64,000 nt of DNA, taken from Eledone cirrhosa. Lineage: Eukaryota. Made by a program: the position numbers and the translations under genes. This document shows, one piece after another, positions 30,247 to 42,138 of this stretch. The DNA is taken from NCBI GenBank assembly GCA_964016885.1, contig OZ024743.1:150784001-150848000 (forward strand). Direction: 5' to 3'. A model generated the notes under the pieces. It was not told the origin of the DNA and did no database searches. It worked only from the letters and a program-made list of their open reading frames with translations. Each line of letters starts with the position of its first letter. Position 1 is the first letter of the stretch.

Positions 30247-32396
30247 ATGCGAAAACACAACATTGACTTCTCTACCAAGAACATCCCAATCCCACCGAAA
30301 AAACTTTACCTTCGGATGCTCACGCAAAAAATCGATCTATTTGCGAAAAGACTTAGATGGAGAACTTTTTTCTATGACAGATATTGCGACAACCAAGACT
30401 TCTGGACCAAGGAGAGATTCGGATTTATTACCTACAAATCTCCGCCCCTGAACCCCTTGCTCGCACCCTTCGAGAATGACCTCTTCCAACTGGTCAAGAA
30501 CATTAAATTTAAACCCAGACACAACCGATTCCTACAAAAACTCCGTAGCAACTTAACGGAGTATGATAACACAAATGACATCATGGTGCATTCGGATAAA
30601 ACTGGGAACCTATACTTTGTCAACCCTGACAGATACCACACACTGATCAGGAGCAGCCTAAACTCCACCTATAAAAAGGCCAACCACTCTTGCATCGAGG
30701 ACATAAATCGAGATGGACAACAAATCACCTCCAGCCTCGGGGTCGCCGACCGCACGGAACCTCTAGACCCACGGACACCATACTTCACACTGAAGGACCA
30801 TAAATCCGATTTTGACCGTAAACCCTCTATCAGGCTTATTAACCCAACGAAGTCCGACATAGGGAGAATCAGCAAAAAAATCCTAGACCGCGTGATACCA
30901 AAAGTCAAGCAACACACCCGACTTAGCCTATGGATCAACACCCAGGAAGTAATCTCCTGGTTCAGCAATATGGAGGATAAACGAGAAACTAAATTCATAC
31001 AGTTCGACATAGAGAGCTACTATGCTTCAATCACCTTACCGCTACTTACTTCGCCGAAACACTTGTGCCCATCACCGACCAGGAAAGAAAAATCATCCTC
31101 CACGCCAGGAAGACAGTCTTACTCTTTGACGACTCTAAATGGATAAAAAGAGCTCCCGACTCACCCTTCGACGTCAGCATGGGCGCCACGGATTCGGCGG
31201 AGGTCACAGATCTTATAGGATTATTCCTAATAGCCAAACTCACTGATATGTTTCCTGCATTCGGTGGTGGATTGTACCGTGATGATGGGCTCCTTACCCT
31301 TAAAGGGTACAACCCCAGTAGTACAGATCGGGTCCGGAAACAATTAATCAGATTCTTCCGCGACTGGGGATTTAAAATAACCCTACAAACGTCCCTGACC
31401 CGAGTAAACTTCCTGGACGTGACCCTCGACCTCGAAAACGACCTGTACTACCCATACAGGAAACCTAATGACAATCTGCACTATATCCACCGCCGATCAA
31501 ACCATCCTAGGAACATCACAAACAACCTGGTCAAAAACATCTCCCTCCGCATATCCCGTTTGTCAGCTAATGAGCGGATATTCGATGAACATGCGCCTTA
31601 TTACAACCAGGCCCTCAAGCGGAGTGGTTTCCGGGAGGAAATATCCTACTGTCCAGCTCCCATTAGCGGAACCAGCAGGAGACACCGCCGCTCACGCAAT
31701 GTAACATGGTTCAATCCTCCCCACAACGCAGAGGTGACTACTCCCATCGGGAAACTATTCTTTAGGCTCATTGAAAAACACTTCCCATTACAACACCGCT
31801 ACCACAACATAATTAACAAAAATACCATTAAACTCTCTTACAGCACTACACCAAACTTCGCACAAAACATCGTCTCCTCTAACAACAAAAAACTCAACCC
31901 CGATGGCAGAAATAACCTAAATAGCAGTGGAGAACCGACCAGGAGGTGTAACTGCCCGGATAGATCTATTTGCCCACTCGACAATAGATGCAGAGACCGT
32001 AATGTGATCTACCAGTGCAACGTGAGGACGGATACCTCCAACAAAGCCTATATAGGACTTACCGCATGTGACTTCAAGACCCGGCTATACCAACATAGAC
32101 ATACCTTCCGAAACCCGGCCCGGCGTCACGCCACTACACTTTCGGGCCACATATGGGACCTCAAGGACAACAACATCACCTATGATCTCACTTGGAGATT
32201 ACTGTCCAGAGCCAATTCTTACACGGGAGGACGCCGTCCGTGCAATTTATGCTCGGAGGAAACTTTACAAATGCTGTTTTCGACGGACCAACTCCTAAAC
32301 AAGAAAGATGAACTGGTTACTGCATGTAAACATAGATTGTGTAGGACTTACCTCGCCCTCAAACCCCATAATGACCCGGGGGGGGGGGGGGGGTAG
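30247..32396 (+). CDS. PLE reverse transcriptase / GIY-YIG endonuclease polyprotein with one frameshift near 31045-31050
   Basis: ATG at 30247 (MRKHNIDFSTKNIPIP). Motifs HSDKTGN, FTLKDHK, RLINPTKS, QFDIESYY, MGATDSAE, GLYRDDGL, NFLDVTL, WFNPP, CNCPDRSIC (CxCx5C) and VIYQC..AYIGLT..FKTRLYQH. ORF-track pieces 30100-31146 and 31065-32396. DKT and CxCx5C match my recollection of the Naiad clade. Confidence 0.9.
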
Positions 32397-33502
32397 ACTA
32401 GGGCTATAGCACCCCACTTGCCGATTTTGCAATGGGTAACCCCTGCTTGCCAAGGAAGACGTAAGATCTTCTTTGTATTCTTTTATCGCTTCCTTTATTT
32501 CCTTCCCCCTCTCTCCTTTGTCTTTCTACCCCAGCTCTTCTCCTTTGTCGGCGTCTTTTCTCGCCCACCCGAGGCTGCCCTTTGGCCCCATGTAGCCTTA
32601 GTACCCCCACCACCCCTCCCCTAGTCTATGATAGATTTGGCGGACTCCGCCCTTTATAGCAGTTGGCTTAGACCCCGGATACTTGCCCCCTCTTTCCGAC
32701 CGCTCCCACTATTCTCTGTGCCCTCTATATTTCTTAGTGGCATTTATGCCTTATTTTTTCGTTTCAGTATTTCTTGCTTCGCTTTTCTTCTGGGCGGGGT
32801 GGATTCTGATTTTATTTCTCCGTATTCTACCTTTATTTCGTACGAACTTTCATGTAGCTTGTTTTAGATCTTTTAGAGTTAGCATTAGTATATATTTTTC
32901 TCGGGACTCAGAATTATTATCTCGTACAAGTTCACTTTGCTGCACTGGGTTGTTGCTGGCCCGGGATGGAAACCTTTATTGTTTATTTCGTGGTAGTCTC
33001 TTTAGTATTTTGGCCCCTTTTGTTGACCCGCCACCGTATCATTTACGTACTTATACCTCTTAAAAGGGTCTTTGCCTATTCCGTCCCACCTAGTTCTTTT
33101 ACTTATTTCGTTATTTCTTTATTTCTTTATTTCTTTACTTCTTTCTTTCTTTCTTTATTTTATTCTAGCCTAACAATAGCCTGACACCTAGGTCGTAGAA
33201 TTTAATTTACTTTACTTTTTTCTTTACACTTATTTGCTTTCTTCACTCTCAGTATTTTTTCCTTCCTATATTTCTACCCCCCATTGTTCTACCTACCGTT
33301 CTGACTTCCTCCCCCTCCCCCTCCCCTGTATCTTCTTTGACCTCATGCCCAGCTGTAGCTGGCACTACCAACGCTTGATTGGGTCTACTCCACCCCTCCC
33401 CTCTTTCTCCTACTGGCAGGTTTAGCCACCATCTCCCCTACTAATTTGCAACCACAGAATTACTACTGATTTTTGACAATCACTTTGACCATACATGGAA
33501 TT

Positions 33503-33596
33503 ACCCCTTGAGAAGATCGGCTATTTAAATACCAGGATAAATTTTCATTTAGTCCAGAATTAGCCGTCGAAACGGCTTGAGCTCAGCTGTCGGGGT
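33503..33596 (+). ncRNA. Type I hammerhead ribozyme (U3-A8 variant), 3' pseudo-LTR
   Basis: Identical to 29968-30061; predicted cleavage after 33591. Confidence 0.85.
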
Positions 33597-33687
33597 CTTA
33601 CTGGTTCCTATTACCCACTCTACTACCTCAAGTATTGAGTACTTTGGTGCGTTATGGTCCACCTGGTTCCTTACCACATTTCCTTCG

Positions 33688-33759
<72 letters not shown>

Positions 33760-33762
<3 letters not shown>

Positions 33763-35977
33763 AAGAATTAAGAGTGAGTAACATGGTTGGCTGTACAATA
33801 AGGGCTTTATTTAAAGTACTGACAATTGTTTCGTTGATCAGGTGAGTCTAGAGTTCGCTAATCGTCTGCGGTTGCGTCATTCGATCTCCAATACATTATT
33901 TACCTCTGGTCAACACATCAGAGTACGTAGATATGAAAGTAATTAACTCGAGGCAAGACTTATATAGAAAAATAGCGTATAATCAAAACAATAACATCAA
34001 TAATAAAACATGTATGGTAAATAGGTAGAGAGGTTACAGATGTAAAAAGTAAAAAGTAAAATATAAGATAGGGTACATTAAAAAATAAGAAAATGAGAAA
34101 ATGGAAAATATAAAGAAAGAAATAAGTGAGAGCGTGTAAGTACATAGTAGTAGTTTTTGAGTAAGTGTTCTTATAAGGATTCGTTGGTGGGTTTAGCGCT
34201 AACATGAGAAACCAGATTCGAGGTGTACATAGATACGTGTAGAGGGACCGATAAAAGAAATTAGAGATTAATTGGTAGATACATGTATGATATTTATGGG
34301 CTAGGGATGACGGGACATTTGATAAACGCTTGTTGTAAATGTTTTGCTGATTGTTCTATCTTAATGGGGTTGATGCTGTTTCAGGGAGAGAGGGTGAAAG
34401 TGATGTTCAGAGATTTATGATCCAGTGACCAGTTATCCGTTTGATAGTTAATAGCAGTGCGATGGTATGTGTTCTATATGTTAAAATCTATGTGATTCAG
34501 TACTAATTTTGGGATTGCTGGTTCAAATCATGGTGGTTTGAAGTTTGTGAATCTAGTAGCTATTTTATGCCTACAGAAAATTAATCTTTCTATTTTTCTG
34601 TTAAGCAGTATCTCATCGTACCTTAAAATATGTAGTAGTTCTAAATTACAAAGCCCGCAGTGGGACATACCGTTGCTGTAGGCTTTTGCTACCGATAATT
34701 TTGACCAGCTAATCTTATATTCTAGGTTTTTGTCCTTAAACTGCTAGATTTTATTGGTGAGCGTCATAGAGTTCTCCAGTGCACGGTTCTTCATGGAGTA
34801 TCTGTGGACGTACCATCTTTTCTTGAACTCCCCAGCTGTGGAACCTATGTAGTGCCAAGTAGAGTTGCCTGAATTTACAGTACACAGGTATACCATGCTC
34901 GAATCCAGGCATCTATTCCGTAGTGGGCACTTATCCGGTAGGTGGCAATTACAATTTGAGGTTTTATTTTGTGCAGGCTCATCGTTGCGGTTTTGTAAGT
35001 TGTTGTGGGTGGGTTGTGATTTAGGCCTATTAATGTTTTGTTGTAATGTTCTCTGATGTGTTTGTGGTTGTGATGTTGTTATGTGCTTGTGTTTTGTATT
35101 TGGTGTTATGGTGCGTGTGGGTACGTTAATTTCTTTAGAGATAATTTTGTGGTTGATCTTACGTATGTGCGATTCTATGTTGGCTGCAGTAGAGTAGGAA
35201 AGTTTTATAGTTTTTCTATTGAAGATTTTATGGTATTTGTGTAGTGTAGGGAAGTGCTTAGCTATTAGTTTAAAGAATGTAGAAGGTAGTTTAGTTTTTA
35301 TAGAGGAGTTGAATATTGGATTGAACCATAGGTACTTTCTATCTCTGGATCTTCTATACTTTTGGGGGGTCCTTATATTAGTGTTCTGTTCGGTTATTTT
35401 TGGTGCTTGTTGTCTAATTCTATGCTTAGTCCTATGCTTGTTATTTCTATATGAGCGGGTAGTGTTGTCGTTAGGTTTGTTGTTCTTGTCTTTATCTAAT
35501 ATTTATTCCAGCTTCTCCTTATGTCCAGACTTATGTAAAGCTATGTTATAATAGTTTGCGTGTTCTTTAAAAATTTCTAGGTTCGAAGATAGGCGGGATA
35601 TTATGAGGGATATACTATGTGCTATGGAGTTAATTATGGATCGGGGATGGTTTGAGTTATAACTAATGTAGGCTAGATTTTCGTTATTCCTATGGACGGG
35701 CTCTATTAATCCTGTGTTTAGGTTGAGAGTTACATCTAAGAAATTTGCTTTTTTAGAGTTAAGTTTGAAAGTGATACCTAGGCCTAGTTTTTTGAAGAAT
35801 ACTCTAATGTTTTTTCGTAATCTTTCCATGTTCTGATTATTTAAGTTTTTTGACTAGAAGGAGTGTATCGTCTCTGTAAATTCCTCCTTGGAGTTTATTG
35901 AATTCCTTATGTAAGTTATATATATATTCCCACCAAGTCCATTACCTGCGCTGAGTCGTTAAATCCCATTGTGATAT

Positions 35978-35980
<3 letters not shown>
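33760..35980 (-). mobile_element. Second, older 5'-truncated Naiad-like PLE of a different family
   Basis: Minus frames give GGIYRDD (about 35866-35888), ANFLDVTLNL..SNHPRSI (ORF 35503-35829), YLWFNP, CNCHLPDKCPLRNRC and MVYLC..HYIGST..FKKRWYVH, with TAA/TAG stops. It is bounded by (TA)n on both sides. Confidence 0.88.
33816..33926 (-). ncRNA. Type I hammerhead ribozyme at the PLE 3' end, with A9 mutated
   Basis: Minus strand reads GTACT-CTGATGT-GTTGACCAG...CTGATCAAC-GAAA-CAATTG-TC-AGTAC, with a palindromic stem III. Confidence 0.75.
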
Positions 35981-36052
<72 letters not shown>

Positions 36053-36057
<5 letters not shown>

Positions 36058-36230
36058 TCATATCACACTGAAAACGGAAGTTCTCATCCGACCACCAAAG
36101 TTAAGCAATGTCGAGCCTAGTTAGTACTTGGATGGGTGATTGCTTGGGAAACCTAGGTGCTCTAAGCATTTCCTCATCATCTACCCCTGCTAGCGTGGAA
36201 AAATGGACGTAAAATGGTAATGATGATGAT
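36053..36230 (+). mobile_element. 5S rRNA-derived retrocopy fused to an RTE 3' tail (SINE3-like)
   Basis: 36053-36171 resembles 5S rRNA (ttctcatccgaccaccaaagttaagc..ttagtacttggatgggtga..gcttgggaa..ggtgct). It is followed directly by cccctgctagcgtggaaaaatggacgtaaaa(tga)n. Confidence 0.85.
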
Positions 36231-36366
36231 AATATATTTTTATTTAAAATATGTTTATTAAAACAAGACTGCGCTCAAATTTGAATGTTGTATTATGAAT
36301 TTTTAATATTACTATAATAGTTCTTTATGTTTAGTTTGGAATATTAGCACCCTCATATCCATGAGT

Positions 36367-36408
36367 TTATTAGTGTTTCGAAATTGTTCAACCCCATCAT
36401 CAAAATAA
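36367..36408 (-). ncRNA. Degenerate minimal hammerhead-like motif
   Basis: TTATT-TTGATGA-T-GGGGTTG..CAATTTC-GAAA-CACT-AATAA; same layout as 56320-56359. C3 and U16.1 are altered. Confidence 0.4.
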
Positions 36409-36529
36409 GAATGGTAGTATTTGTGGTGTATTATTCATGTTTTTCAATGGTTGCACAGTATCATGGGATAACTAGTACATATATATATATATACATATAT
36501 AATATATAAATATAATATATATATATAGT

Positions 36530-39500
36530 CTAGTATCGATTTCGATCCCTCCTGGTCTGGTGTAGCTGTCTTGTATTGCCTTTGTGTTTGCAGGTTGGTA
36601 TTGTAGGGCTTGAAATTTTCCAGCATTAAACTGCATGTTGTTGTCCTCAGCCCATTTGTATATGGCATCCAGATCTTGTTGTAAAAGGACAGCATCAGCC
36701 GGGTTTTTGATTGCCTATGCTACTTTTGTGTCATCAGCATAGCTAGTGAGGGATGTTGTATGTACAACAGAGGGCATGTCTGAAAGAACCACCAAAAGCG
36801 GTAGTGGTCCCAAGACACCCCTCTTGTTATTGATGTTTCCTTTGAGAGGGCCCCATTGACTGCAACTGTCTGGCTTCTATCTTTTAAAAAATCATGCAGC
36901 CACTCACCTACTTTTTCAGTTATGCCAAGTCGGTGTAGTTTGTAACATATCATTCCATGGTCAGACTTGTCAAAGGCTTTTGCAAAGTCAAGATATATCA
37001 CATCCACATGTGAGCTGTCTAGCAGCTGTTTTAGTACCCAGTCATAGTGTTGTAGCAGCTGTGTAAGGCAGCTTCTTCCTAGGCAAAAGCCATGCTGCTA
37101 GTTAGGTGGTCATTTTCCTCAAGGAACATGATCAGTTTCTTTCTGATGATTTGCTCCATGACCTTACTGATATGTGATGTCAGGGAGACTGGCTTATAGT
37201 TTTTGGCCTCCGCTCTGCTTCCTCCTTTATGGATAGGGCATACTGTGCCTTCTTTTAGCTCTCTGGATAGTTTACTGCTAGCCAAAGAACTTCTGAAGAG
37301 GATCTTCAGTGGTCTTGTTAAGGCACGCTTACATATTTTTAGGAGGACTGCTGGGAATCCATCAGGTCCAGCAGCTAAGTTCGTTCTAATTTCGTCTATG
37401 GCAGATATCACATCTTCCTCCATTATGTCTCTGTGGTTGATGATCGCCATTTTAGAATGGAGTATTGTGGCATCAAAGAAATCCTCTAGCTTTGTTATTT
37501 CCATGTGCCTCAGTGGAGGATCTTGGGGATCCTCGGTTAATGAACCATCTTTATGGAATAGTGGTCCAATCTTGCAGTGTACAAAGGCAGTCTGTTTTGC
37601 AAATTTAAAGAAGGCCTTAGGATTTGTTTTAATATTTTCTATGGTCTGGCTTCTCTCTCTCTGCCCTCTCCTTCTCATTGGAAAGTTTGTGTGCAGTTTT
37701 AATTTGAAGTAGTGCCTGTTTCACATAGGATTCCTTCTTCTTCTTCTGTTGTACATTTAACTGGTTTGAGAGCTTAGTTCTTCGTCTCATAAGGATTTTC
37801 CTGTCTCTGGGAATAAGATTTTTGTGTCCGTTGGCCTTTCTCCAGGACAAACTTATGGCATATGGTTTATATTGTTGTCATGAAATGCTGAGGTGATGTT
37901 GTCGCTCCAGTTTTGCTTCCGGATCCCGTTATTGATCTTTTTCCAGTTAGCCTTGTGAATGTTTAGGCTGGATAAATTGCTTCTTAATGGTTGTGTCTCT
38001 GCTGACTCTCTTGGGCCACATATCATTAGTTCTACTAAGTTATGATCCAAGAAAATCATTGGTGTCACCTTTACATTGTTGATGAGCACAGCATTGTTTG
38101 TAAAGCAGAGATCCAGGACATTCTTGCCTCTAGTTGGAAGGAGTACAGCTTGTTCCATGTAGAGCCTGTGTGTGAGGGCCAGCCGGGACTCCGTCTGATG
38201 TCTGTTCGAGTGATGCCATGGAGGAGGTGGCCCTCATGTCATTTCACTTTTGGTAGGTTTAAACTCTCCCAGCAGCAGGATGTTGTGACCCTGGTCCAGT
38301 TTGTCAAGGACTTCTTCCATCCTTCTGAGGCTATCCTTGAACTTTCTTTCACGGGTGGCTGATATGTGACACATATTACCATTTTCAGTTGCTTCATATG
38401 TACTATCAGTGTGTCACAGACTGAGTTTGAATGAGTCAACAGTACAATCAGTGTGACATCTTCATGGGTGTGCAGGGCAACCCCACCATGAGTTCTCTCC
38501 TTCCTGTCTGAATGAAATAGAGTATATTTTGGTATATGTATTTCTGCATCTGCTATACTGCTTGTCAGGTGCGTTTCGGTTAGTGTCATGCATATTGCTT
38601 GATTGTTTATGGCTAAGTCTCTCAGGTAGGGAATTTTACACAGCAGCACTGGTGTGACATTCAGGGTGTCAGCAATGGCTGTTGGTGTGGCACCTGCCCT
38701 GGTGTTAGTGGCAGCCACCCTGGGTCCCTTGATTGTGGTGGTCTTGAGTGCTAGTGTGAGTGACCCTGGCTCTGAAAATGATGTAGCCAGGTCAATTGTC
38801 TCCACCATTTCTAAAAAATTATTTTGCTCTGCTGCCACCCTCTGTATTTCATCTGCACATGTGTGCCTTCTCCTCTTTATTGGGGTGGCGCGTATGATAT
38901 CAGCATACTTCTGGGGCAGCTTGCATCGGTTCTGGTTTTGCCTGGAGCATTTTGGGTGAGAATGTTGGGCGTAGCCTGGGGTCAGCGAACCTAGCCTGTC
39001 CCTGTTTCTCCATGCCAGCAGGTCCCGTTCCTAAAGAAATTGCATGTTACCTGGGTTTTCTTTCTCCCAGTGTCTCGGCGCCTACTGTTCTTCCTTTGGA
39101 CAGTTGTCCACTGGTCCCTTTCTCTTGGATGTTTTCCTTCAGGTGGTGATTTCTCATCTCACCTTTACCGCTTACCTGTTGTTCACGCAGCCTGCCTTCT
39201 TTGACTGTGGCGGTGGGTATCTCATTTGTGGTGTTTTCAGGTCGTTCTGTGTCTCCATAGACCCTTTATGGACAGTGTTTTTATTTTCTACCATTTCTTT
39301 TTCTCTGTCTTCTTCCTCCTTGAGGACTCGGCTTAGCATGGCCATCTGTGGCGCTATGAAGACATAGGCCCTCTCAATTTCTCTCTTTTTCCTCTCTATT
39401 TGCCCCAAAGTCATCAGAAAACCATGGCTCTTCAAGGGCTCTGCAATTATTTTGGTTAGCCGCGACCCATCAGCCAGGCTCCATCCTTTGATCACAACCT

Positions 39501-39565
39501 CTAGTTCTACCTTTGTCCAATTTTGTTGCCTTCTATTTGTATTTCCTCCTTGCATGCAGTCCATT
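36530..39565 (-). mobile_element. Decayed CR1-group LINE (ORF1 remnant, APE endonuclease and RT), 3' end missing
   Basis: LTETHL..SDRKERTHGGVAL (38239-38838), PTRGKNVLDLCFTN..DHNLV (37853-38158), AAGPDGFP..NYKPVSLTS (37079-37678), DVIYLDFAKAFDK (36720-37007) and YADDT at about 36728-36742. Confidence 0.9.
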
Positions 39566-40207
39566 TCACTCTAGAGTGGGGTGAGAGAGAAAGAGAGTGG
39601 GGAGGGTATGGCAAAGGTTAAAATGAGTGAGAGAAAGAGAGAGCGGTATGGGTAGGGAGGAGGTTAAAGTGAGAGAGAAAGAGAGAGAAAGAGAGAGGGA
39701 GAGGGAGAAAAATCCCATGAGAAATTGAAGGAGCAATTGAGAGGGAAAGAGAGAGAGAGATTTTGAGATCCAGGGAGGAAAGAGAGAGAGGGATAGAGAC
39801 AGCGTGAAAGAAAACCAGCATCAGAGTGGGAGGGTTATGGTTAGTGACTTCAACAAACAAATGTTAATTATAATTATTAGTATGCTTCTTTAAATATTAT
39901 TCAAGACGACTAAAAAAAACACGTGTTCATGAGAAAAATAAATATAAATAAGCAAAAACAAAATGAAACAAATAAAAATATAAAAAATGAGACAAAATAA
40001 AATAAAATAGAATCACGCGGATGCAAATAAATAGATAAAATATGATTATGATTTAACGAGCACTACTGTGAGTCTCAATCATTAGGCATATATATATATA
40101 CTGTACGTCTGTATACATATATGTATGTACATATACATACTTAACCCATGCTAACGTGGAAGAACGGACGTAAAACGGTGATGATGATGATATTTATATA
40201 TATATAC

Positions 40208-40242
<35 letters not shown>

Positions 40243-40252
40243 CATATATATA

Positions 40253-41411
40253 TCATCATCATCATCATCGTTTAACGTCCATCTTCCATGCTAGCATGTG
40301 TTTGGACGGGACTTTTCCCACTTGAGGCAAGATTGGTTGTCTTGCTCGTATAGGACTGTCTTGCAGGTTTTCTACAGCTGGATGCACTTCCTAACACCAA
40401 CCACATTTAGGGTGTGGACTGGGAGGTTTTTACCGTGTTACCTACACGGCCACATTACAGCGTGGACTGTGTGTTTTTTGTTGTGACACCTACACAACCT
40501 CATTTATTTAGGACTGGATGTTGTGGTACCAACATAACTTTACATCGAAAGGGGTGGTGTGGATGGGGTGGGGTAGTGGGACGGGGGTGTATTTTGGTTA
40601 AGAGGTGCCTAATGACTGTAGGTTTAGCTTTGCACTTAGGCCAGGCGGGTCTTCTGTATTACTGTGTAGCGCCAAAGATCTCGGTCCAGTGGCATTGTCT
40701 TGGAGAGGTGTAAGTGTGTGAGGTCGGAATTTATCAAGTCATCCCAGGTTTTTCTGTGTCTGCTACCGTCTATTTTTATCGGCCTGCACTTTTTTATACA
40801 GCTGTTGTCTTTCATGCGCATCACGTGATGATACCAACATAGCCTTCTCTCGAGTAAACAGCATCTGATCCCTCTTATTCCTAATTTCTCACTTAGTTCA
40901 TTTATGCTTTGCCGTTCACGTATATTACTATTACACATCCAACAGAGCATTTAAGCTTCGTTCCTCTCCAGTCTGCAATAACCTCTGTACACAATGCCCA
41001 AGTCTCACTGCCATGTAACAATGATGTTCGTATGCAGGCATCATACAGTCTGCCTTTCAATTTTTAGAGAGAAACCTTTAGCGGCCAATAGTGGTATAAG
41101 CTCTCTGAACTTTTTCCATCCCGTTCTGACTCTAGCTACTGTACTTACAGAGCACCCTCTACCACTGCTGATTTTGTCACCCAGGTAACGGAAGGTGTCC
41201 ACTATTTCTATAGAACCATCTGTGCAATGGAATGAGCTAGTATTCTGTGGGCACTTGCTACTACTTAGTGCACTTTAGCACTGGACACATATAAAATCTA
41301 TATTCTTAGTTAGCTTACCTGTGATCCCACTACATCTTTTATGCACTCATACTTTGCATTTGGGACATAAAATGGAGTTTCTGCCTACTCCTTTCCTACA
41401 CACTGAGCATG

Positions 41412-41416
<5 letters not shown>
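40253..41416 (-). mobile_element. RTE LINE 3' part, same family as 47143-48740
   Basis: ORF 40636-40950 closely matches the C-terminus of ORF 47311-48234; (TCA)n tail; (TA)n flanks. Confidence 0.9.
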
Positions 41417-41496
<80 letters not shown>

Positions 41497-41679
41497 ATCA
41501 AATCACACCATACCACCATAAGGTGCTTGGTACACCAATATCTGTGTAACCATGTGCCACAGACTATTTTACTCAATGATGACTGAAATAAATTTCAGAA
41601 ACAGAATATACTCATACAAATTTAGTAGTATGCTTGCAATAATTGGACATAATGATTAATGTTATCTGTAAGAAACATA

Positions 41680-41729
<50 letters not shown>

Positions 41730-41766
41730 TTTTTTATTAATGTGTGTGTGTGTATGTATATATATA

Positions 41767-41807
<41 letters not shown>

Positions 41808-41918
41808 GCAAAGTTTTATTTAAATTGTTGGGTTACAACGAGTAAATATTTATAACTGATATAAAAGCACTCAACAAGTATTTGGAGTATATTTACGATA
41901 TTAAATAAATGGAAACTA

Positions 41919-42025
41919 TATTTATAAAACCATATTTATTTCATTATATATATTTCAGGGATATCATATTAAAAATATGGTATGCCTTCTTCAGACAAAA
42001 TACAATATAAACAGTCTTATAAATA
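41919..42025 (-). ncRNA. Minimal type I hammerhead-like motif, left arm of the palindrome
   Basis: Reverse complement of 44506-44612. Confidence 0.65.
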
Positions 42026-42059
42026 AGATTTGACATACGGTAGATATAGAGAGATAGAT

Positions 42060-42138
<79 letters not shown>

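Larger units (their letters stand above)
27573..33691 (+). mobile_element. Young Penelope-like retroelement (Naiad-type): full unit with pseudo-LTRs (29722-33691) plus an inverted 5'-truncated copy (27573-29727), inserted in (TA)n
   Basis: Direct repeat 29722-30156 = 33258-33691 (period about 3535 bp). 27573-29727 is the reverse complement of 31458-33610. RT plus GIY-YIG ORF; (TA)n on both flanks. Confidence 0.95.

Noticed and set aside
30247-35980. Selenoprotein recoding (in-frame UGA) as reported for some Naiad elements
   Set aside because: The conserved cysteines use TGT/TGC. The young ORF has no in-frame TGA, and the stops I located in the older element are TAA/TAG decay.
36053-36171. 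Functional 5S rRNA gene
   Set aside because: The 5' end is eroded into TA repeats, it has many substitutions, it is a single copy, and it is fused to a LINE tail.
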